Positions 24,746-33,778 are shown, counted from the stretch's first letter. The stretch is DNA of 33,938 bases from a bacterium (GCA_963625735.1 CAVFUV010000001.1:1-33938); one strand, 5' to 3'. A program made the numbers and translations. Notes: generated from the letters alone by a model not told the origin.

Positions 24746-24951
24746 GTTAGCGGTTAGCAAGGAGCAGTGTCAATGTAGAATGTAGAATGCAGAATGCAGA
24801 ATTTCGGAAGACACTATGTGTCTTGAATTATATAGCTTCGCAATCATAAAAACATTTTTCTTACAAATAAACTAACATTCAGTGGAGCTTTATAATCCAA
24901 AACGCCTTGGCGTTTTCCTTCACTGCTCCTTGCTCCTTGCTCCTTGCTCAC
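24746..24951. repeat. palindromic element with GCAAGGAGCAG outer arms and ATGTAGA/ATGCAGA inner heptads
   Basis: Arms are 24757-24769 (GCAAGGAGCAGTG) and 24921-24951 (CACTGCTCCTTGC...). Stem-loops are AAGACAC-TAT-GTGTCTT and AAAACGC-CTTG-GCGTTTT. Boxes are GAATTATATAGCTTCGC and GGAGCTTTATAATCC. Confidence 0.9.
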
Positions 24952-24954
24952 TTT

Positions 24955-26724
24955 TTACAGCTTAATCTGCTCATTTATACTCTTCATAAAATCTATGTCC
25001 ACCTTCACAACCTCCCTGTCAAACGTCAGCAATCCGTTTGTTTCGTCCTCAACGTCGCTGACCTCGGTGTAGACAAGAGCGGAGAGGCCCTTTGAATAGA
25101 TAAGGGGCTTAAGTCTGTCAATATAAAGATGATGAAGAGCAGAAGAGAGCTTTTCCTTGTTTTTGAATATCTTATAGCCGAATGTCTTTTCGGTATTGAA
25201 ACGGTGTCCGTCAAGGCTCATTGAGTAGCCGCCGAACTCCGTCAGAGCTATTACACGGTTGTCGTCCTTATTGAGCTTCGGGAACACAAACGGCGTAAAA
25301 TAAATATGGAAGCTGTTTATGTCGCCGACACCCTGATCGTGCCAGCCGCTCGCGTGGTCAATTATTCTTGTGGGGTCTTTTTCACGGAAAAATCTCTCCG
25401 CCTTTACTGCGTCAAACTGCCCCCAGCCCTCATTAAACGGAACCCACATGCAGATTGAAACGGTATTGTAAAGCGTGTTTATCATACGCTCGGCATCCGT
25501 ATAATATTCCTTTCTGCCCTTGGGGTCATCACGGGAGAACAGCTTATAATTCTTCTCACCGTCCGACAGCACGCCGACTTTTTTTGTGCATGTCGCAAGC
25601 TGAAACGCCGGGCACACGGCAACAGCGGACTGCTTTACGGGATAGCCGCCGTTTACCATATCCTGCCACACAAGCATTCCGAGACGGTCGCAGTGATAAT
25701 ACCAGCGCAGAGGCTCAACCTTTATGTGCTTTCTGAGCATATTAAAGCCCATGTCCTTCATGGTCTGTATATCATAAATCATGGCCCCATCCGACGGTGC
25801 CGTATAAAGTCCGTCGCTCCAGTACCCCTGATCAAGAAGTCCATTCTGGAAATACGCTTCATTATTGAGCATAAGACGGGGCGTGCCGTTTATGTCCTTG
25901 CCGACGGAGAATTTACGCATGCCGAAATAGCATTTTACACTGTCATCGCCGTAGTTTATATATAAATCGTAAAGTTTGGGATTTTCGGGAGTCCAAAGTT
26001 CATAGTCATTAAGCGCTATGCAGGCGCTCTTGCCCGAAATCGTAAGAGCTGTCTTGACATTATCGCCGTCCTTTACGGTATACGTAACCGTGCCGGCATC
26101 CCCAACGGTGTCAAGCTCGACTTTTATTACATTTGTATCTATATCGGGGGTAAGACGAACAGACGCGATATGCGTTTTGGGCATTTCCTCAATCCACACC
26201 GTCTGCCATATACCGGACTGGGGTGTGTACCATATATTGCCCCGCTTTGAGGTCTGCTTGCCGCTTGCCTGTGAGCCTGTTTCCGACGGGTCGGTAACGG
26301 ACAGAGTAAGCTCGTTTTCACCGTCTTTTACTATATCGGAAATATCAAACTCAAACGGATAATAGCCGCCCTCGTGCGTGCCGAGAACAGTACCGTTTAA
26401 CTTTACTTCGCACTTATAGTCAACCGCTCCGAAATGAAGCACAACCGTGTCATCTGTCTTTTTGAAATCAAACTTTTTTCTGTAATAGAGCGTATCATTC
26501 GGCGTCACGGTTTTTTCGACACCGCTCAGAATCGTCTCGGGACTGAAGGGCACAATTATTTCGCCCCGGTAATCCGCGAATTTCTCTTCAGTGGGATAAA
26601 TCGCGTAATCCCATTTGCCGTTAAGACAGATAAAGGAATTTCTCTCCATCTGCGGACGGGGGTAATCATTCAAAGGGCATTCTGTGTTGAGGGCCTTGCC
26701 CCAGCGTGTCAAAAGCTTTTCCAT
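24955..26724 (-). CDS. glycoside hydrolase family 2 enzyme (beta-galactosidase/glucuronidase-like)
   Basis: GH2 sugar-binding, Ig-like and TIM-barrel pattern (NGKWDY, FGMRKF, MLRKHIKVEP, WVPFNEGWGQ). No signal peptide. Confidence 0.85.
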   Translation of the reverse strand: MEKLLTRWGKALNTECPLNDYPRPQMERNSFICLNGKWDYAIYPTEEKFADYRGEIIVPFSPETILSGVEKTVTPNDTLYYRKKFDFKKTDDTVVLHFGAVDYKCEVKLNGTVLGTHEGGYYPFEFDISDIVKDGENELTLSVTDPSETGSQASGKQTSKRGNIWYTPQSGIWQTVWIEEMPKTHIASVRLTPDIDTNVIKVELDTVGDAGTVTYTVKDGDNVKTALTISGKSACIALNDYELWTPENPKLYDLYINYGDDSVKCYFGMRKFSVGKDINGTPRLMLNNEAYFQNGLLDQGYWSDGLYTAPSDGAMIYDIQTMKDMGFNMLRKHIKVEPLRWYYHCDRLGMLVWQDMVNGGYPVKQSAVAVCPAFQLATCTKKVGVLSDGEKNYKLFSRDDPKGRKEYYTDAERMINTLYNTVSICMWVPFNEGWGQFDAVKAERFFREKDPTRIIDHASGWHDQGVGDINSFHIYFTPFVFPKLNKDDNRVIALTEFGGYSMSLDGHRFNTEKTFGYKIFKNKEKLSSALHHLYIDRLKPLIYSKGLSALVYTEVSDVEDETNGLLTFDREVVKVDIDFMKSINEQIKL

Positions 26725-26743
26725 TTATATCTCTCCTGCTGTG

Positions 26744-28330
26744 TTATTCTTCTGTATATGCGTTTTCAAAATAAATTCTGTCTTTGCCCGCGCCGACATA
26801 AATGCCGTCAAGCGAGTTCATACATACAAAATTGCTCGCTTCGCTCCACACGGGAATTGCGGCGGCTTCGTTTATGAGAATTTCATCCGCCTGCTTTATA
26901 AGCTCGGTTTTTTCTTCGTCGGACGCCTGCTTAAACTGCGATATTACGCCGTTTAGCGTATCATTCTGAAGTCCGGTTATGTTCAGAATATCATCAAATA
27001 CCGTTCTGCCGTCGTTGTAATCCGTCTGAAGCGGATAGAACGCAATCTCGTAATCGCCGCTTTTTACACGGGACAGCAACTCGGACTTTTCGACCTGTTC
27101 AAGCTTTATGTTAAGCTTTATGCCGAAAATTTTCTGCCACTGCTGAAGCTGTTTTTTGAGCGTCTCGCCGTTTGCCGTATCGACAAGAACCGTGACGGTG
27201 ACGTCCTCGCTTTTAAGCTCCTCTAACGCCTTGTCAAGAACGGACTGTACATTATCGGTGTTATAAAAATCATTCCGCACCTCTGTTTTGCCGACGCACC
27301 CGGGCACGACGGAATTAACCTTTGTCATACCGGCGATGTCGCAGATATACGATATATCCGTGCCGTAAAGAAAAGCCAGCCGCAGATTTTTATTCGACAG
27401 ATTTTCATTTGCCGTATTTATAAAAAATACTCTGTTTGTGTCGTTTACGGTTATCACACTGTCTGTTTTGCCGAGCGACATGGAATCAATCGATGTCCGC
27501 GACAGAAACGCGCCGTTATAGTCTTCATTATCAAGTTTTTTTATAATTGATGCTTCGTCCGTGTTTACATAGAACCAGAGTGTGTCAGCCTTTGCCGTGT
27601 TGACACCGGTATAGCCGGAGCATTTGCGAAGTCGGTATGTGCTCTCGTCAAAATAAGACAGATAGAACGGACCGTTTGACATATTGTACGCAATAAGAAG
27701 ACCGTATCTGCCGCCGCACGCCTCAAAAAACGTACGGTTGCACGGCATCGTTATCGGCTCTGCCAGAACGGACAGGAAGTTATCGTCTGCCGCTTTGAGC
27801 CTTATTTCAAGAGTATATGTGTCAAGTGCCGAAACGCCCAGCTCCTCAGGCTGTTTTTCACCGTTTATTATCTCTTCGGCGTTTAGGACGGAGCTTAATA
27901 TCGTGCTGTCCGCCGCACCCGTCGCGGGGTCAACCGCCCTCTGAAGCGCGAACACAAAATCATCCGCAGTGACTTCGGGTGCGAAATTTTCGGGGAGCTT
28001 GCTTTCAAGCTGTTCACGGGCATTATCGGTAATATACCACTTTACGCCCTTGCGAATATTAAATGTATAGGTAAGTCCGTCCTCCGAAACGGTATAATTT
28101 TCGGCGGCGGCGGGCTTCATCTCGCCGTTTTGGTCGGGCCGCATCAGCCCTTCAAAGGTGTTTCTGACTATAATTTTCGCCGTGCCGGACTCTGCTATCT
28201 GCGGATCAAACGTTATCGCCCTGTTTGAAACGGCAAAGCGAAGCACGACAGAAGACTCCGACCCGCATGAAGCGAAAATCAGAGAGATTAGTATTATTGC
28301 GGTTATGAGGGAGATTATACGTGGTTTCAT
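26744..28330 (-). CDS. ABC transporter substrate-binding lipoprotein, family 5 (peptide/oligosaccharide type)
   Basis: Lipobox is FASC. AENYTVSEDGLTYTFNIRKGVKW is SBP_bac_5-like. I prefer the ATG at 28330, because the longer ORF starts inside a heptad array. No permease or ATPase genes are adjacent. Confidence 0.82.
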   Translation of the reverse strand: MKPRIISLITAIILISLIFASCGSESSVVLRFAVSNRAITFDPQIAESGTAKIIVRNTFEGLMRPDQNGEMKPAAAENYTVSEDGLTYTFNIRKGVKWYITDNAREQLESKLPENFAPEVTADDFVFALQRAVDPATGAADSTILSSVLNAEEIINGEKQPEELGVSALDTYTLEIRLKAADDNFLSVLAEPITMPCNRTFFEACGGRYGLLIAYNMSNGPFYLSYFDESTYRLRKCSGYTGVNTAKADTLWFYVNTDEASIIKKLDNEDYNGAFLSRTSIDSMSLGKTDSVITVNDTNRVFFINTANENLSNKNLRLAFLYGTDISYICDIAGMTKVNSVVPGCVGKTEVRNDFYNTDNVQSVLDKALEELKSEDVTVTVLVDTANGETLKKQLQQWQKIFGIKLNIKLEQVEKSELLSRVKSGDYEIAFYPLQTDYNDGRTVFDDILNITGLQNDTLNGVISQFKQASDEEKTELIKQADEILINEAAAIPVWSEASNFVCMNSLDGIYVGAGKDRIYFENAYTEE

Positions 28331-28344
28331 GATGTGCCGCCTTA

Positions 28345-28544
28345 TAAAAAGTGAGCAAGGAGCAGGGAGCAGGGAGCAGTTAGGCATAGTGTGGAGCTTT
28401 ACAAAGTGTGGAGTGTGGAGAGTGGAGTGTGGAGTTACAGCTTCGCGAACGGTAAATGCAGTAAAAGAGCTTTAATGTAAGCGGAGCTTTATAATCCAAA
28501 ACGCTTTGGCGTTTTCCTTCATTGTTAATTGTTAATTGTTAATT
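28345..28544. repeat. element: GAGCAGG heptads - GTGGAGT heptads - GCTTCGCGAA - centre - GGAGCTTTATAATCC - stem-loop - TTGTTAA heptads
   Basis: Read directly from the sequence. Stem-loop is AAAACGC-TTTG-GCGTTTT at 28498-28515. Confidence 0.9.
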
Positions 28545-28621
28545 AAAAGTGCCTTCCGCATTCGATACGGCTTATTTTATCATATATAAAAGCGGTTTGC
28601 AATAAGATTAGATGTGTTCAT

Positions 28622-30073
28622 TCAGCCGGAAACGTATCTTTGATTTTTGCTTTTAGGCTTATCCGGAATTGTCATTTTCAGACGGCCGTCAAGAATAAGG
28701 GGACTTACATACTGCTGCATTGCATAAAATGTTGTTTTAACACCGAGAAAATCCGCAATTTCCTGCCGTGAACGAGGCACAGTGCAAAATGCAATAAGTC
28801 TCTCTGCTTCGTCATCGCTTTCGATATCGTTATTTTGATTTTTGCTACCGTTATAAAATGTCACAACAAACTCGTTGCGGCGGTTTTCAAATACAGGTTC
28901 GGGGAGTCCGTATTCCTTCATGGCGTTTCGCATTGTGGGAATACCCGAATATCGATGCTCCGCAGATGTCAGCGTTTCTGCTATTACCGCAAGTGCGGGA
29001 TTCCTGAGATCCGGCTTTGCGATGCCGAGCTGTTCAATACTCATTCTGCCGTAAAGACCGCCGGGAGAGTGTATTTCCACACGGTCAGAGAAAAAATCTA
29101 TCTGTACGGGAGTGCCCTCGGTATAAATGCTGTAATCTCTGTGCATAACGGCGTTTAATATCGCTTCTCTTAATGCATCTATCGGATATTCGGTTATATC
29201 GGTTCTTTTTGCCGTTTCCCTGCTTATTATCGTTCTTGTTTTCATATTGCGGCGGCAGAAATTAAGTGCTTCCTCAACCATCTCGGGAATTGTGCCGTCA
29301 ATTCGTTTGTTATCGACAAACCGTGCGCTGTCGTTATCGGTATCCCCTATCTGCGTTCCGGGGACAACAATCGCGGTTATGCAAAGCTGCGGAAAAAATC
29401 CCTGAGGATATATTCCGAAATTAAGGACCGCCGCCAGAGTGGGTACGCCGTCACGTGTTATATTCAGAAGCTCAAGAGCCTGTTTTTCGGGAAGTCTTGA
29501 AAATCCCGGTCTGTCGACACGCATTCCGGCAATATATGCGTCCACCTTGTTTTTGTCGAGCAGATTTATGTCTGCTCTTTCAACGGGGCGTTCATCGTCA
29601 TGCAGATGCTTTCTGAATGCTTCAAAACTGTAAAGCTCATAGTCGGTCATCGGCAAATCCGCATCGCCGACCCTTATATATGAACCCTTTGTTCTGCCTG
29701 CACCTCTGTAATAACACGGGCGTTCGGAAATGTCAATCGCCGGAATTTCGGCGGCACATACCGTTTTGCCGTTATAATCGGTCAAAGTGAACACCGCTCT
29801 TACAACAGGCTCCATCTGCAGACACTGCTCGGTAACCTTTTTCTGCAGGTCCTGAGGATTATAGACACCGACAACCTCATAGCCGGCATTTTCATCAATG
29901 CCGAATATTATCACACCGCCGCTGTCCTGATTTGAAAAGCTCGACAATGTATCATACAGCTTTTTCGGACAGTCTGTGTGTGCGGTCTTAAGCTCAACAG
30001 TCTGTTCCTCCGCCTTCTGTCGGCAGATTCTGTTTATAAGTTCGATAAGATCTTCGGTTAACAAGCGGATCAC
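28622..30073 (-). CDS. AlbA_2/Schlafen-like DNA-binding domain + HATPase_c_4-like domain + C-terminal wHTH protein (often annotated as a RecG-like ATP-dependent DNA helicase)
   Basis: The N-terminus E..ELK......CPKKLYDTLSSFSNQDSGGVIIFGIDE is typical of AlbA_2. GTG start at 30073 with a short SD spacing. Confidence 0.75.
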   Translation of the reverse strand: MIRLLTEDLIELINRICRQKAEEQTVELKTAHTDCPKKLYDTLSSFSNQDSGGVIIFGIDENAGYEVVGVYNPQDLQKKVTEQCLQMEPVVRAVFTLTDYNGKTVCAAEIPAIDISERPCYYRGAGRTKGSYIRVGDADLPMTDYELYSFEAFRKHLHDDERPVERADINLLDKNKVDAYIAGMRVDRPGFSRLPEKQALELLNITRDGVPTLAAVLNFGIYPQGFFPQLCITAIVVPGTQIGDTDNDSARFVDNKRIDGTIPEMVEEALNFCRRNMKTRTIISRETAKRTDITEYPIDALREAILNAVMHRDYSIYTEGTPVQIDFFSDRVEIHSPGGLYGRMSIEQLGIAKPDLRNPALAVIAETLTSAEHRYSGIPTMRNAMKEYGLPEPVFENRRNEFVVTFYNGSKNQNNDIESDDEAERLIAFCTVPRSRQEIADFLGVKTTFYAMQQYVSPLILDGRLKMTIPDKPKSKNQRYVSG

Positions 30074-30094
30074 CGTCCTTCAAATCGATTTTAG

Positions 30095-30290
30095 CAAAAT
30101 TATTTTGTTAAATCAAGTATTTCCGCAAAATCTGTTTGTTAATTTTTTGCGGAAATTTTGCAGATTTCAAATTTCAGCAAAATCATTTTGCAGATTTTTT
30201 GTTAATTCGCAATTTTTGCAAAGTCACTTTGCAGAAATTTTGCGGAAATTTTGTTAATTTAAGATTTTTGCAAAATTACCGTCAGTTTTC
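30095..30290. repeat. ~10-11-bp phased array of TTTTGC(A/G)GA / TTTTGTTAAT units with internal inverted repeats
   Basis: TTTTG cores lie at about 30104, 30134, 30146, 30157, 30186, 30197, 30214, 30228, 30238, 30249 and 30266. TTCCGCAAAA (30121) and TTTTGCGGAA (30146) form a perfect 10-bp inverted repeat. Confidence 0.85.
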
Positions 30291-30362
30291 AAACCTTTCC
30301 ACACCGCTTTCTAAAACCGACAACCGCAATAACTCCGCGATAAAGCGAAAAACTTTCCCCTT

Positions 30363-30460
30363 GCGAAGCTTTATAATGCAAGACACGCAGTGTCTTCCTC
30401 GGTGCCCCGGCCCCCGACCCCCGGTCCCCGGCCCCTTTTCATTGCTAATTGCCAATTGCC
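30363..30460 (-). repeat. element: GCAATTN heptads - GGGGNCG heptads - stem-loop - box, overlapping the DUF4091 gene 3' end
   Basis: Plus strand reads GCGAAGCTTTATAAT, then AAGACAC-GCA-GTGTCTT, then CCCCGGN heptads, then ATTGCYA heptads. Confidence 0.9.
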
Positions 30461-32049
30461 TCAACAAGCTCTCGTCTGAACTCCTCAAACTTCTCAGCCT
30501 CAAGCGGATAAGACGTAAATGTAATATCGCCAAGCGTGCGTTTCAGCAGTTCTTCCGCCGCCGGTCTGCCCGCTTTCTTTTCGAGAGCACGCAACGCTGC
30601 ATAATCACACACTCCGGCATAAAACGCCTGTTCACGGATTGTCGTCATAGGCTCGCCGTTTTCGCCGGGGTAGACTATAAAACCGTCGCCCGCCGGGAAA
30701 TTGCCGTCCGCCGTTGTATTTTCGAACGGATTGACCGCACGCTTTGACAGCTGAGCGTACCAGAAATTAAAGCCCCAGTGCAGAAAGCCCTTGCAGTTAT
30801 ATTTCCATAACAGTACGCCTATTATACGCATTTTTATGAGCGGCAAAAACAGAAATCTGTTCGGGTACTCGTTTTCGTACGGACCGCAGCAGTAGTATGT
30901 CCACAGCTCGTCCACCTTGCCCCTAAACGACTCAATCGCCGACTCGCTCGGAACGGGAATATCCACAAGTCCCTCTTCGTAAAATTCATAATCTGAAAGT
31001 GCGTCTATATGCTTAAACGCCGGGAAATATTCCTTCATAATCGCCGAAATACAGCGGTAGTGGCGTATGGAGCTTTTGCTCGGTTCGTCGGACGCGTGAA
31101 TGCGGCAGATGTCCGTAATGCCGAGAGAATCCGTGTGTTCCTTAAGGCTCTGCCCGAACTGCCGCAGAAAAGATTTGTAGCCCTGCGACAGAGAGTAGTT
31201 ATCCCAGCCGAAAATCCGGCGGTCACCGGTTGAAGTCCGTGCTATGATTTTGGGCGCGAATTTTGCTCCCCACTGCGTAAACAGATGAGAAAGCTCAAAG
31301 TATTTCACGCCGCAACGAAGGCACATATCAACCCAGCGGTCAAAATTCGTGAAGTCAAACGCATAACCGTACTGTATTCTTTTTACCCCCACAAGCTGAA
31401 CGGTGGGACGCTCCGCACCGACCTCGGTGTCAAGCGGAGGTGTAAAGAGCGGCGTCAGAATCATATTTATACCGTGTGCTACGGCGTTTCTGACATAGTT
31501 TTCGACAATTCGCCAATATTCTTCACTGAAGGCGTCAATCTTATACCATGTCATAAGACAGTCGGTGTGAAACCAGTTTGTGCATATAAGCGTCTGCTCG
31601 GGCAAGGCGGCGGCGGACACATGAACATTGACCTCGGCTGAATTTTCACCGAGTGTAAATATAACGGTATGCTCACCGGGGATATTCCCCTCAAGCTCAA
31701 TTCTTACGCACAAAAGATTGTCTTTTTTAAGTGTAACGGTATCACCCTCAACGGGGCACATTAAATCGGGATAAAAGCCCTCTCTACCGTTATTGAGCAT
31801 GGTGCAGTTTTTTACCGAGTTTTCACGGGACGTATCCGAGTAAATCTCTTTCACGGTATACGCCTTATATTCAAGCGGACATCTGATTTCAAACGGCAGA
31901 ACGCAGTCTTCATCCGCCGACACGGCAAACTGCACCGCCCCCTTCTCCCCGCACAGCAGCGGCAGAAAATCGGACTTCTTATAGGCGGATATATCCGAAT
32001 TTGAAAAAACTTTTTCAAGAGAAGAAACAGGGACTATTTCTGTATGCAT
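30445..32049 (-). CDS. DUF4091-like protein (putative glycoside-hydrolase-like), function uncertain
   Basis: I prefer the ATG at 32049 after a GGAGG SD. It is cytoplasmic. The last four codons and the TAG lie inside the GCAATTN heptad array. Confidence 0.7.
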   Translation of the reverse strand: MHTEIVPVSSLEKVFSNSDISAYKKSDFLPLLCGEKGAVQFAVSADEDCVLPFEIRCPLEYKAYTVKEIYSDTSRENSVKNCTMLNNGREGFYPDLMCPVEGDTVTLKKDNLLCVRIELEGNIPGEHTVIFTLGENSAEVNVHVSAAALPEQTLICTNWFHTDCLMTWYKIDAFSEEYWRIVENYVRNAVAHGINMILTPLFTPPLDTEVGAERPTVQLVGVKRIQYGYAFDFTNFDRWVDMCLRCGVKYFELSHLFTQWGAKFAPKIIARTSTGDRRIFGWDNYSLSQGYKSFLRQFGQSLKEHTDSLGITDICRIHASDEPSKSSIRHYRCISAIMKEYFPAFKHIDALSDYEFYEEGLVDIPVPSESAIESFRGKVDELWTYYCCGPYENEYPNRFLFLPLIKMRIIGVLLWKYNCKGFLHWGFNFWYAQLSKRAVNPFENTTADGNFPAGDGFIVYPGENGEPMTTIREQAFYAGVCDYAALRALEKKAGRPAAEELLKRTLGDITFTSYPLEAEKFEEFRRELVEAIGN

Positions 32050-32103
32050 TATATTTACCTCCGATATATGTATCGACAAAAAAGTTGTGAAAAACCGGGA
32101 AAA

Positions 32104-32213
32104 GTGTGGAGTGTGGAAAGTGGAGTGTGGAGTTGGCTACGCAAAAGGCGAAGCTATATAATTCAAAACGCTTCAGCGTTTTCCTCAGCCCCCGGCCCCT
32201 GCCCCCGGGCCCT
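32104..32213 (-). repeat. element: GTGGAGT heptads - GGCTACGCAAAAGGCGAAGC hairpin - TATATAATT - stem-loop - GCCCCNG heptads
   Basis: Stem-loop is AAAACGC-TTCA-GCGTTTT at 32164-32181. The element lies in a divergent promoter region. Confidence 0.9.
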
Positions 32214-32330
32214 ATACTGCCTCGTTCATTCTATCATATCTTAAAATAAATTGAAATAATCGACTTTAAAATTATGAAGTTGCACAAAAATCAAGGCGAA
32301 ATTTTTACTTGTACACAGGTTGTTAACATA

Positions 32331-32359
32331 TTGACATTTTGCCGTAAAGAACTTATAAT
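32331..32359 (+). promoter_or_regulatory. candidate promoter of the 375-aa secreted protein gene
   Basis: Perfect TTGACA-17 nt-TATAAT. Confidence 0.7.
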
Positions 32360-32403
32360 AAGCTTGTATTAAAGTATATACCCTTTGACAGGAGGATTTT
32401 TCC

Positions 32404-33531
32404 ATGAAAAAAACATTATCCGTAGTTTTAGCGGTGATTATGGTTCTCTGCTGCTTCCCCTTTGCGGCTTTCGCAGACGGCAACGTGGTCTATGATACAT
32501 CCGCACAGTTTACAAGCTCCAATCAGCTTGAGTCAAACACAACCTACACAATCAAGAGCGGCACGACAATGACCGTTCCCAGTGACCTGACTCTCTATAT
32601 CCCCACAGGCGCAACAGTTATTGTTGAAGAGGGTGCGAAGCTTGCCGTCAACGGTTACATCACGATACTCGACGGCGGTTATCTGTACGTTTACGGCACA
32701 CTTGTCGGCGGCGGACACATCGGCGGCAGCGGCGAAGCGTATTGCGAGTACAGATTCCCCTCACTCGCAAGCCAGGGTCTTACAAAGACTGACGGCACAT
32801 CGAGAGTTGAAATCTCCTACGCTGTTTCCGACAACGGCAACGCATATGAAGATCTCGCCGATTCTCTTAAGTTTACAGCTATCCCCGATAACGGCGGCAA
32901 TGTTATGGTCGCGCTTAATCAGTACATTTACATCAAGGCACACATCATTGAGCCTGACGAAAGCGTAGACAAGTTTGATGATTCTCTTCTCAATGTTTAC
33001 GCAAACGGTGTCGGCGTTAACTATCTTCAGGGTTCACACATCATGAAGGTCGCGTCTTCCGCGGACGTAACCTACGGCACATGGACCACCGATAATGACT
33101 TCCTTTCAACATTCAAGATCTATCTTCCCACCGGCACAGGCTACACGGTATACGGCAGAAACGGCGAGCAGAGCGCATTCACCGACAAGACGGTTACACT
33201 CAAATACGGTCAGTCATTCTCATTCAAGGTTGAAATCGAGGATGAGTATGATATGTCGCAGTATGAAGTATACATCTATAACGGCTACGGCTGGACAGGC
33301 TACGACACAACCGAGCTTCTTAAGGACATTGCTCCCGCAGAGCCCGATGAGTACGGCTACTACAACATTGACTGCGTAAAGGGCGATACAACAATCTATG
33401 TTATCGGTGTTGTAAAGAACGAGACAATCACTCTTATCGGTGATATTCTCTCCATGATCCGCTCAATCTTTGAGACAATCAGGGAATTCTTTGAGCAGCT
33501 CTTCGGTTCAATCGGCAATATCGGCAAATAA
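32404..33531 (+). CDS. secreted hypothetical protein with C-terminal amphipathic tail
   Basis: Signal peptide present. Perfect TTGACA-17-TATAAT promoter, AGGAGG SD and terminator. I recognise no domain. Confidence 0.8.
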   Translation: MKKTLSVVLAVIMVLCCFPFAAFADGNVVYDTSAQFTSSNQLESNTTYTIKSGTTMTVPSDLTLYIPTGATVIVEEGAKLAVNGYITILDGGYLYVYGTLVGGGHIGGSGEAYCEYRFPSLASQGLTKTDGTSRVEISYAVSDNGNAYEDLADSLKFTAIPDNGGNVMVALNQYIYIKAHIIEPDESVDKFDDSLLNVYANGVGVNYLQGSHIMKVASSADVTYGTWTTDNDFLSTFKIYLPTGTGYTVYGRNGEQSAFTDKTVTLKYGQSFSFKVEIEDEYDMSQYEVYIYNGYGWTGYDTTELLKDIAPAEPDEYGYYNIDCVKGDTTIYVIGVVKNETITLIGDILSMIRSIFETIREFFEQLFGSIGNIGK

Positions 33532-33553
33532 GAAACAATAAAACTATAAATAA

Positions 33554-33590
33554 AATCGCTTCGTCTGAAAAGATGAGGCGATTTTTTTAT
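33554..33590 (+). terminator. intrinsic terminator of the 375-aa secreted protein gene
   Basis: ATCGCTTCGTC-TGAAAA-GATGAGGCGAT followed by T7. Confidence 0.85.
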
Positions 33591-33720
33591 TAATCCTCAT
33601 CTTCCGCCGAAATAAAATAGCATTGGCTTCTCTGTCTTCCTTTAGCGAAACCCAACATACAAAAAAATCATACTTTCTGAACACTAGACTACATTAATTT
33701 GAATTATAGAACCAAATTGC

Positions 33721-33749
33721 TTGACTTTTGGTTTTATGCAAAGTATAAT
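33721..33749 (+). promoter_or_regulatory. candidate promoter of the Fic-family gene
   Basis: TTGACT-17 nt-TATAAT. Confidence 0.6.
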
Positions 33750-33778
33750 CGAAGTATAGAAATCGAAAGGTGTATATT

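Noticed and set aside
24884-24898. TATAAT hexamers inside the element box (CTTTATAATCC, also at about 6083, 28488, 30369 and 32154) as outward promoters
   Set aside because: I could see no acceptable -35 at 16-18 bp in any copy. The hexamer is more simply part of the conserved box.
14731-30073. A defence island or system formed by the DUF234 ATPase, the UvrD-like helicase, the AlbA_2/Schlafen-like protein and (at the window edge) Fic
   Set aside because: The genes are kilobases apart and on different strands. Each has its own promoter or terminator, and housekeeping and carbohydrate genes lie between them. No operonic partner (nuclease, methylase, sensor) is adjacent, so the sequence alone gives no support for a multi-gene system.
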